From positions 18,361 through 82,360 of the forward strand of contig CAVKAQ010000002.1 of NCBI GenBank assembly GCA_963654225.1: 64,000 nucleotides of DNA, given 5' to 3'. The notes beneath the pieces were generated by a model. That model was not told the DNA's origin. It searched no databases and worked only from the letters and a program-made list of their open reading frames with translations. Origin of the DNA: Butyricicoccaceae bacterium. GTDB taxonomy: Bacteria > Bacteroidota > Bacteroidia > Bacteroidales > UBA932. The position numbers were made by a program, and so were the translations under genes. Shown here one piece after another: positions 56,286-64,000 of the stretch. The first letter of the stretch is position 1. Every line of letters starts with the position of its first letter.

Positions 56286-58346
56286 ATGACAAAAAGAATC
56301 TTAACCGCAGCGTTGCTTTGCGTAACGACACTTGCGGGCGCGCAGGAAATCACACAATCCTGCAAGGACAGAGCGAAAACCCTTGTTGACCAGATGACTC
56401 TGGACGAGAAAATCGAGTACATCTCCGGCTACAATGACGGATTCCACATTATGCCGATAGAAAGACTCGGTATTCCGGAAATCAGGCTCGCAGACGGCCC
56501 TCAGGGAGTCAGAAACAACACCAAGAGCACATTGTTCGCGTGTGGAGTGGCAGCTGCCGCATCCTGGAATCAGGACTTGGCTTACGAAATGGGCGTTGCG
56601 CTCGGGCAGGATTCCAGAGCAAGAGGAGTGCACATATTGCTGGGCCCTGGCGTTAACATCTACAGGAGCCCTCTTTGCGGCCGAAACTTCGAATATATGG
56701 GAGAGGACCCATTCTTGGCATCAAGAACAGCCGTCAACTATATCAAGGGCGTTCAGTCACAGGGAGTTATGGCGACAATCAAGCATTTTGCCCTGAATAA
56801 TCAAGAATACGACCGTCATCACGTCAGCTCCAACGCGGACGAAAGGACTATGAACGAGATCTATTTCCCGACATTCCGCGCCGCAGTTGAAGAAGCGCAC
56901 GTCGGCTCAGTAATGACAAGCTATAATCTCGTAAATAACGTTCACTCTTCTGAAAACCGCTTCCTCATCAGAGAAAACCTGCGCGACAAGTGGGGATTCG
57001 AAGGACTGGTTATGTCTGACTGGACATCCACATACTCGACTCTTGAAGCGATGAAAAACGGAGTTGACCTCGAAATGCCGCGTGCATTCTATTTCAAGAA
57101 AGAATTCATAAAGCCGATGCTTGAAACCGGAGTGTTGAGCGAATCAGACATAAATGAGAAGGTGCAGAACATTCTCCAGACCTTGATAGCCTTCGGTTTT
57201 CTGGACAGGCCGCAACTCGACTCAAACATTTCCGAGGACAATGCCTACTCCCGCGAAGTGGCATATAAGATGGCAAGCGAATCTACCGTAATGCTGAAAA
57301 ACGACGGCGTTCTTCCTCTGAAACCGGGCAAGAAGAACAAGATAGTCGTACTTGGCCCGAATGCTGACCGTATCCCTTGCGGAGGCGGAAGCGGAAGGGT
57401 AGATCCGTTGTATTCAATTTCACTTTATGCGGGCCTGCAGCAGCTTGGAAAGAATTTCCCTGTACAGCTTTTGTCCCCTGTCGAGGGCGTGAACTATGAG
57501 TCTGCGGAAAATGTAAAAGCCCTCGAATCAGCATCTACGGTGATTGTATCCGTAGGATTCGACATCAACACAGAAAAAGAAAATCATGACAGGACTTTCA
57601 CGCTTCCTGAAGGCCAGGACGAGCTTATCCGCTTTGCCGCCGCACACAACAAGAATGTCGTTGTAGTAGTCTATTGCGGAGGCGGATTCGATATGGCACA
57701 ATGGAAAGATGAAGTGAAAGCCATATTGCTCGGCTGGTATCCTGGCCAGGAAGGCGGTCTTGCACTGGCCCGTATGCTTGCAGGCGAATTCTCTCCGTCA
57801 GGAAGACTTCCGATGAGCATCGAGACTCAGTTCTCCGAAAATCCGGTATATGACAGCTATTATCCTAAGGAAAAAGCTGAAACAAAACGTGGATTTACAA
57901 ATAGATATGTAACTTACAGAGAGGGTGTATTTATGGGTTACAGGGGCTACGAAAGACTGGGCACTCAGCCTCTCTACCCGTTCGGATATGGTCTTACTTA
58001 TGGAAACTTCGAGTACAAAGACCTGTCAGTCACTCCTTCAGGAGACGGATTCGACGTGGTTTTCACATTGAAGAACAACAGCAAGAGGGCTGCATCCGAA
58101 GTCGCACAGGTCTATGTGGGCGAACAGAATCCTACCGTGCCACGTCCTGCAAAAGAACTTAAAGGATATGCTAAAGTGAAACTGGCCGGAGGCGAAAGCA
58201 AAACGGTGTCAATCCACCTCGGAACAAGCGCATTCTCATTCTACGATGTGGCAATCCACGATTTCCGCGCCAATGCGGGCAAATTCAACATTATGGTGGG
58301 AGCCTCTGTGGAAGATATCAAGCTGGAGACAGAAATAAGCCGATAA
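56286..58346 (+). CDS. GH3 beta-glucosidase, secreted
   Basis: ADGPQGVR, GRNFEYMGEDP, KHFALN, nucleophile VMSDW and Fn3-like C-terminus. Confidence 0.92.
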   Translation: MTKRILTAALLCVTTLAGAQEITQSCKDRAKTLVDQMTLDEKIEYISGYNDGFHIMPIERLGIPEIRLADGPQGVRNNTKSTLFACGVAAAASWNQDLAYEMGVALGQDSRARGVHILLGPGVNIYRSPLCGRNFEYMGEDPFLASRTAVNYIKGVQSQGVMATIKHFALNNQEYDRHHVSSNADERTMNEIYFPTFRAAVEEAHVGSVMTSYNLVNNVHSSENRFLIRENLRDKWGFEGLVMSDWTSTYSTLEAMKNGVDLEMPRAFYFKKEFIKPMLETGVLSESDINEKVQNILQTLIAFGFLDRPQLDSNISEDNAYSREVAYKMASESTVMLKNDGVLPLKPGKKNKIVVLGPNADRIPCGGGSGRVDPLYSISLYAGLQQLGKNFPVQLLSPVEGVNYESAENVKALESASTVIVSVGFDINTEKENHDRTFTLPEGQDELIRFAAAHNKNVVVVVYCGGGFDMAQWKDEVKAILLGWYPGQEGGLALARMLAGEFSPSGRLPMSIETQFSENPVYDSYYPKEKAETKRGFTNRYVTYREGVFMGYRGYERLGTQPLYPFGYGLTYGNFEYKDLSVTPSGDGFDVVFTLKNNSKRAASEVAQVYVGEQNPTVPRPAKELKGYAKVKLAGGESKTVSIHLGTSAFSFYDVAIHDFRANAGKFNIMVGASVEDIKLETEISR

Positions 58347-58472
58347 TTATGGTTTAATCGCACGATGTTGCGACATTTCCTCTTTTTGGCAGGACCTGCG
58401 GCAAACGTTGCGCAATTTGTGATATATTTGCGCCGTTAACGGATTGAAGATTCATTTCAAAACAGGTTCTAA

Positions 58473-60623
58473 ATGAGAGCGAACGCAGCGACTTCCATAA
58501 TCGCGATAATGTTTATGTCAAATGTCGTATTGGCCGGAAATCCCGAGCCGATGCGGCATTTGTCATACCAGATTGACACGACTGGAATATATAAAGACAG
58601 AAATGACAGCCTTGAGGCTACAGTGTTTGTCGGCAGGCAGAACGGGAACTATTTGTCAAAGGGCAAGGAACTTCGCACAGAAGTCATCTCCTCCGCTGGC
58701 CTGAAGAAAATGGCCTGTTGCAATCTGGCTGAAAGCTTCGAGAATTCAGCCAGCGTGACAGTCGGCTATTCAGATGCCATCACAGGTGCCAGGCAGATAC
58801 GTCTGCTCGGCTTGAGCGGAATATATACCCAGATGCTGGATGAAAACCGGCCTTCAATGCGCGGTCTCGCGGCGCCGTTCGGGTTGTCTTATGTGCCCGG
58901 GCAATGGCTGGAAAGCATACAAGTGTCAAAGGGTCTGTCTTCCGTGGTTAATGGCGTCGAAGCCATTACAGGACAGATAAATACGGAATACCGCAAGCCT
59001 ACTGACGAGAAGCCGCTGTTTGTCAATGCGTCTGTAATGAACGACACGAAAGCGGATTTTAATATCGCGTCATCACTTCAGATGGGCGAGAAATGGAGTA
59101 CCGTCCTGCTCGGTCACGTTTCCGGCAACTTCAAGACGTTTGACCATAACCACGACGGATTTATGGACGATCCGAAGTCTCTTCAATTCAATTTCGCGAA
59201 CCGTTGGCTTTATTATGACGATTCAGGAGTTCAAGTGCGTTTCGGACTGAGAGCTCTGCAGGACAAACGTCAGGGCGGTCAGAGCGGATATGACTACAAG
59301 ACATATACGCTTTCTTCCGGTTCACCCTGGGGCTCGGATATCACGAACCGTCAAATAAACGCGTACTTCAAGGTGGGCATTCCGTTGAGCGAAGACAATG
59401 CGAGGAACATTGCGGTGGTCGGCGATTATACTCTCACTGATATGGATTCGTGGTTCGGAGCATCGAGATATGACGCGACTCAGAATGCCGGCTTCTTCAA
59501 CGTGCTGTTTCAGAACGAGATAAACGATGCACATAAATTCACGCTCTCGCTCGGGGGAACATTGGACAGATATGATGAAAATGTCCTGCGCATTGTGGCG
59601 GAACAGAATTTCGCGCCAGGAAAGGTTGTGAACAATTTCTACAATGCCGGGCTTTCCGGTGAATACACATTCCACGCAGGTGAGAAATTCTCTTCAATCG
59701 TCGGCATACGCGGAGACTGGTTCAACGGAGACGGATTCAAGTTCACGCCGCGCATAACCCTGAAATACACCCCGATAGAAGAAATCGTCTTGAGGGCCAA
59801 TGCCGGTAGGGGACTTCGGCGTTCGCTCCCGCTGATTGACAATATCGGTGTATTCTCGACCGGAAAAGCTTTTGAGGGGGCGTTCAGCCAGCATATTCTT
59901 GAAGACGCCTGGACATACGGAGGCAATGCTACGTTTTATCTTCCGTTCGGCGCGTCTGACGATACGTATCTGAGCCTGGACTATTTCGGCACAAGATTCG
60001 GCGAACAGATGGTAGTTGATTATGAACACCGATTGAACAGGATTGATTTCTATGCTTTGGCCGGACGTCAGTCCTTCTCAAACAGCTATCAGGCAGATTT
60101 CAATGTGCAGCCATTCAAGGGCTTTACCGTGACAGCTACATTCAGATACACGGACGCAAAGATTGAATTGGCTGACCGCGGCCTTGTGGAAAAGCCGATG
60201 ACGAGCAGATGCAAAGGCGTCCTGAACCTGCAATATGCGACCAACCTGAACAAGTGGGTATTCGATTTCACAGCTTCCGTCAACGGCTCGTCAAGAGTTT
60301 ATGATTTTATGAAGGACTTGCGTGACGAGGATGGAAAATTGCTCTACCGCAATGGCAGGACTCAGGCGTATCCGCTTCTATATCTGCAGGTTACCAGGAG
60401 ATTCAAAGGGTTGGACATTTATCTTGGAGCGGAAAATCTTACTAACTTCAGGCAAAAAGATGTTATATTGGGAACTGCAATGAACGAAGCATCTGCGATA
60501 CACTCCGGAAATTCTCATTCTATAATAGATCCTTCGCTTTCCGACTTTGATGCCAGCGCAGTCTGGGGACCGATAATGGGCACGAAGATTTATCTTGGAG
60601 TCAGATTCACGCTTTGGAAATAA
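58473..60623 (+). CDS. TonB-dependent receptor, putative metal-associated
   Basis: Plug MACCNLAESFE, QIRLLGL.G.Y, IQVSKG..SV.NG and C-terminal WGP..G..IYLGVRF. Adjacent to an HMA gene. Confidence 0.9.
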   Translation: MRANAATSIIAIMFMSNVVLAGNPEPMRHLSYQIDTTGIYKDRNDSLEATVFVGRQNGNYLSKGKELRTEVISSAGLKKMACCNLAESFENSASVTVGYSDAITGARQIRLLGLSGIYTQMLDENRPSMRGLAAPFGLSYVPGQWLESIQVSKGLSSVVNGVEAITGQINTEYRKPTDEKPLFVNASVMNDTKADFNIASSLQMGEKWSTVLLGHVSGNFKTFDHNHDGFMDDPKSLQFNFANRWLYYDDSGVQVRFGLRALQDKRQGGQSGYDYKTYTLSSGSPWGSDITNRQINAYFKVGIPLSEDNARNIAVVGDYTLTDMDSWFGASRYDATQNAGFFNVLFQNEINDAHKFTLSLGGTLDRYDENVLRIVAEQNFAPGKVVNNFYNAGLSGEYTFHAGEKFSSIVGIRGDWFNGDGFKFTPRITLKYTPIEEIVLRANAGRGLRRSLPLIDNIGVFSTGKAFEGAFSQHILEDAWTYGGNATFYLPFGASDDTYLSLDYFGTRFGEQMVVDYEHRLNRIDFYALAGRQSFSNSYQADFNVQPFKGFTVTATFRYTDAKIELADRGLVEKPMTSRCKGVLNLQYATNLNKWVFDFTASVNGSSRVYDFMKDLRDEDGKLLYRNGRTQAYPLLYLQVTRRFKGLDIYLGAENLTNFRQKDVILGTAMNEASAIHSGNSHSIIDPSLSDFDASAVWGPIMGTKIYLGVRFTLWK

Positions 60624-60750
60624 CGGATCAGCAGTCCTTTTGCGGTTTCACGAAGCAGAAATTGCAGTATATTGACATTCGAGGATAATTTTCAACCTCA
60701 GGAATGTATATGACGTTTAAGCAAACAAGTTTTAAGACAATATAAAAATT

Positions 60751-61089
60751 ATGAAAGGAATAGTTATAGCAGCGGCTGTCGCAGCCGCAATGTTCACCGC
60801 AATGCCGGCCATTGAAGCTAATGCTTTTGAATCTAACCTTACAGTCGCCGGAGCGCCTAAAAAGGAAGTAAAGACCGTCGTGTTCAAAGTCGGGCTCCAC
60901 TGCCAGAATTGCGTAAAGAAAGTCAAGGAGAACATTTCTTTCGAGAAGGGCGTGAAGGGACTTGAGGTGTCGCTTGACAATAAGACAGTTACCGTTACAT
61001 ATGACCCGACAAAGACTGATGTGCCGACCCTGAAGAAAGCCATCGAGAAGCTCGGATACAAAGCCGAAGCCGTGCCGGAGAAGGCGTAG
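60751..61089 (+). CDS. Periplasmic heavy-metal-associated (HMA) domain protein
   Basis: Signal peptide, LHCQNC, and AIEKLGY. Confidence 0.9.
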   Translation: MKGIVIAAAVAAAMFTAMPAIEANAFESNLTVAGAPKKEVKTVVFKVGLHCQNCVKKVKENISFEKGVKGLEVSLDNKTVTVTYDPTKTDVPTLKKAIEKLGYKAEAVPEKA

Positions 61090-61095
61090 ACTCGC

Positions 61096-61590
61096 TTATG
61101 CCTTGAAAACCAGCGCCGTCGCCCAGACCTCGCACCCCTCGCATCTGCCCACGAAACCGAGTTTTTCCGTTGTCGTGGCCTTGACGGATACGCAGTCCTC
61201 GCTTACTTCCAGTATCTTGGCAAGGACAGACCGCATCTGCGACACGTATTTTCCTATCTTCGGCCGTTGCAGAGCGATTGTAATGTCAACATTGCCGACA
61301 TTATATCCTTCGCTGTGAACCAGTTCCATGACTTTAGCAAGCAGAATCTTGCTGTCCACTCCTTTCCATTCGTCGGAATTGTCAGGGAAATGATGGCCGA
61401 TGTCGCCGAGTGCGAGTGCACCGAGCAGGGCATCGCACAAAGCGTGGATTGCCACATCTCCGTCTGAATGAGCGACAAAACCGCAGTCAGAATCTATCTT
61501 CACACCTCCGAGCCACATTTCAAGGCCTGGCGCAATCTGGTGTACATCATATCCGTTTCCTATTTTGAACGGGCATATCGGATTGTTCAT
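61096..61590 (-). CDS. ispF: 2-C-methyl-D-erythritol 2,4-cyclodiphosphate synthase
   Basis: IGNGYDVH, HSDGDV..HALCDALLGA, DIGHHFP and KATTTE.LG. Confidence 0.97.
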   Translation of the reverse strand: MNNPICPFKIGNGYDVHQIAPGLEMWLGGVKIDSDCGFVAHSDGDVAIHALCDALLGALALGDIGHHFPDNSDEWKGVDSKILLAKVMELVHSEGYNVGNVDITIALQRPKIGKYVSQMRSVLAKILEVSEDCVSVKATTTEKLGFVGRCEGCEVWATALVFKA

Positions 61591-61695
61591 ATTGTCTCTA
61601 TTATTTCGCTTGAAGTTACGATTTCCTGACAAAAATACACTAACTTCTTCGTAACTTTGCAGATTGTTGCAAACAGATTTTTAATAGATACTGAA

Positions 61696-64000
61696 ATGGC
61701 ATTTGACAGAAGAAGACGAAACGGCGGTAATCGCGAGAACGGAGATTCAAGAAGAAAAAATGGCGCAAGAAGAGAAAACGGGCGCAGAAATGGAGGATCC
61801 TTTGGAACGGATCGCAGAAAGAGGGATGAAAAACCTTTGATGGAATGTCCTGAGGTGACGGGTACGGTTCAGATGACCCGTGACGGATATGTCTTCGTGA
61901 AAGTTGAGGGAATGGAGGACGATGTCTATGTCAGAAACGGCAAGACAAGAGGAGCGTTGAACGGAGATGTTGTCAAAGTTGCCATAACAAGAGAAAAGAC
62001 TGATACGAAACGCCAGGAAGGCGTAATCGTGAAGATAGAAGAGCGTTCGCGCAAACCTTTCGTTGGTGTTCTGCACGTTGTGGGAAACCAGGCCTGGGTG
62101 CTTATGCAGAGCCGTGTGATGCCTTATGATATAAGCGTGGACATTACTGACGCAGACAGTAAGCCGCTTATGCGCAGACGCGGGAATCTTCCCGAGACAG
62201 GATACCTGAAATCAATTGGAAATAAAGAATTTGCAGTTGCAGGAGTGACTGAGACGGTGGACGGAAAAGATTCAGAACTGAAAGTCCGTTCAGGTCTTAA
62301 GGTCGCTGCGCTGGTGGACAGCTGGGACAGAGGTGAGCCGAATCCTAAAGGCCATCTGGTCGATGTTCTTGGCGAGCCGGGCGAGAATGATACTGAGATG
62401 CACTCGATACTGGCGGAATATGGACTTCCATACAGATTTGAGGCTGAGGTAGAGAATGCTGCGGACGGCATTTCCGACAAGATTACATCTGCGGAAATAA
62501 AGAAACGCCGCGATTTCCGGGATACGCTGACATTCACCATCGACCCTGAAGATGCCAAGGACTTTGACGATGCTCTGTCTTTCAAGGTGTTGGATAACGG
62601 TAATTACGAGGTCGGCGTGCATATCGCTGACGTGTCACACTATGTGACCCCAGGCTCTGTGGTTGACAAAGAGGCTCAGGCGCGCGGAACATCAGTCTAT
62701 CTGGTGGACCGTACAGTGCCTATGCTTCCGGAGAAACTTTCCAACAAATTGTGTTCGCTGCGTCCTAACGAGGAAAAATTGACATTCTCGGCAGTATTTG
62801 AGATAACGCCGCTCGCTAAAATCGTCAGCAACTGGTTCGGCCGCACAGTCATACGTTCGAACTACCGATTTGCGTATGAGACCGCACAGCAGATTATCGA
62901 CAACGGCGAAAAGTCTCTCGAGATGGATCTGCGCGGAGGTACGGACGGTATTCACGCCGCAATAAAGGACCCGATTCTCGAGGCATCTCCAGAGGCTGCG
63001 GCAAAGCGCGCGAAGAAAGCGAAAGAAGAGGCTCAGATGTCAGGAGACGCATTTGCGGAATTCAAGGCTGCAGGACGTTCTGAGGCAATGATGGGTGCCG
63101 GCCTTTATGAGGGCTGCGTCATTCCGAGAGAACTTAAAGAGGCGATACTTACTCTGCACAAATTGGCATCCACCCTTCGTAAACGCAGATTCGCTTCAGG
63201 CGCAATCAGTTTCGAAAGACCTGAAATGAAGGTCGAGGTTGATGAAAAGGGCCGTCCTATACGTGTCTATCAGAAGATTTCGAAGGAAGCGAACTGGCTG
63301 ATTGAGGAGTTTATGCTTCTTGCCAACCGCTCTGTCGCTGAGTTTATAGCAACTGACGGCAAGATGAATGGAGTCGCAAAGAAGAATGCAAAGACGTTCG
63401 TATATCGTATCCACGATGTTCCTAACCCGGAGAAAGTGGCTGGCTTGAGAGATTTCGCCGGCAATTTCGGATATAAGATGGAGGATGCTGATGACGGAAA
63501 GAAATTGGCCAAAGCATTGAACACCTTGCTTGCTGATGCCAAGGACAAGCCTGAATTCGGTGCAATCGAGATTTTGGCTCTGCGTTCAATGGCGAAAGCC
63601 TGCTACAGTACCGACAATATAGGACATTACGGTTTGGCGTTCAAGTTCTACACGCATTTCACGTCGCCTATCCGCCGTTATCCGGACACAATGGTTCACA
63701 GACTTCTGGCAATGTACCTGGACGGTGCAGATTCGCAAAGCAAGGCTTATTATCAGGAGCAGTGCAAGTATGCCTCTGAAAGAGAGGTTATTGCGGCTGA
63801 GGCAGAGCGGTCAAGCACCAAGTATAAGCTTGTAGAGTTTATGCAGGACAAGGTCGGCGGTGAATATGAAGGACATATCTCAGGTCTTACGGAATGGGGT
63901 ATGTATGTGGAGATTGAGCCGACTAAGATAGAGGGTATGGTTGCTCTGCGCGACATTCATTCCGATTTCTTTGAATTTGACCAGGACCATTATCGTATTG
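61696..64000 (+). CDS. rnr: Ribonuclease R (3' end outside window; absent from the ORF track)
   Basis: My translation from ATG 61696: R/N/G-rich N-terminus, TFTIDPEDAKDFDDALS, GVHIADVSHYV, RGTSVYL, IEEFMLLAN, HYGLAF..YTHFTSPIRRYPD, and the start of an S1 domain. Confidence 0.96.
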   Translation, partial: MAFDRRRRNGGNRENGDSRRKNGARRENGRRNGGSFGTDRRKRDEKPLMECPEVTGTVQMTRDGYVFVKVEGMEDDVYVRNGKTRGALNGDVVKVAITREKTDTKRQEGVIVKIEERSRKPFVGVLHVVGNQAWVLMQSRVMPYDISVDITDADSKPLMRRRGNLPETGYLKSIGNKEFAVAGVTETVDGKDSELKVRSGLKVAALVDSWDRGEPNPKGHLVDVLGEPGENDTEMHSILAEYGLPYRFEAEVENAADGISDKITSAEIKKRRDFRDTLTFTIDPEDAKDFDDALSFKVLDNGNYEVGVHIADVSHYVTPGSVVDKEAQARGTSVYLVDRTVPMLPEKLSNKLCSLRPNEEKLTFSAVFEITPLAKIVSNWFGRTVIRSNYRFAYETAQQIIDNGEKSLEMDLRGGTDGIHAAIKDPILEASPEAAAKRAKKAKEEAQMSGDAFAEFKAAGRSEAMMGAGLYEGCVIPRELKEAILTLHKLASTLRKRRFASGAISFERPEMKVEVDEKGRPIRVYQKISKEANWLIEEFMLLANRSVAEFIATDGKMNGVAKKNAKTFVYRIHDVPNPEKVAGLRDFAGNFGYKMEDADDGKKLAKALNTLLADAKDKPEFGAIEILALRSMAKACYSTDNIGHYGLAFKFYTHFTSPIRRYPDTMVHRLLAMYLDGADSQSKAYYQEQCKYASEREVIAAEAERSSTKYKLVEFMQDKVGGEYEGHISGLTEWGMYVEIEPTKIEGMVALRDIHSDFFEFDQDHYRI

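Noticed and set aside
55898..56300. tRNA-targeted integrative element
   Set aside because: No integrase, and I saw no duplicated tRNA 3' end; the flanks are ordinary GH3 genes.
62905..63130. Intein in rnr or ispE
   Set aside because: The inserts are too short and lack N-terminal Cys/Ser block A and C-terminal His-Asn motifs.
61747..63956. Minus-strand ORFs listed at the window end
   Set aside because: They are shadows of the plus-strand rnr gene, which the track missed because it runs off the edge.

Overview
This 64 kb window is Bacteroidales chromosomal DNA. The assignment rests on a SusC/SusD pair, TAnnTTTG promoters, many lipoproteins and a Bacteroidales-type NagB/PIG-L fusion; a gut or rumen lineage is plausible but inferred. 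Housekeeping genes: nagB, envC-like, tsaE, ispE, nrdDG, pepP, ahcY, comF, ispF, rnr (truncated by the window edge), tRNA-Gln(CTG) and tRNA-Met(CAT). These are interleaved with accessory modules: the tail of a beta-propeller lipoprotein cluster with an orphan ECF sigma; an ECF sigma plus dual-membrane-spanning anti-sigma pair; an M48 peptidase plus Ig-repeat lipoprotein islet; a minus-strand SusC/SusD locus with a zinc protease and a degenerate nucleotidase; a heavy-metal RND efflux operon; two GH3 glucosidases; and a TonB receptor plus HMA protein. I found no integrase, transposase, prophage or CRISPR array. Three observations stand out. (1) A surface lipoprotein carries a divergent copy of EF-Tu domains II+III, without the GTPase domain, at the end of an Ig-like stalk (16356-17825). 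(2) A His/Cys-rich secreted leader ORF ending in an RAPP ribosome-arrest motif, followed by a hairpin-rich spacer, precedes the CzcBA-TolC operon. (3) A Dma-like anti-sigma appears to span both membranes. All family calls come from reading motifs by eye; no database search was run.
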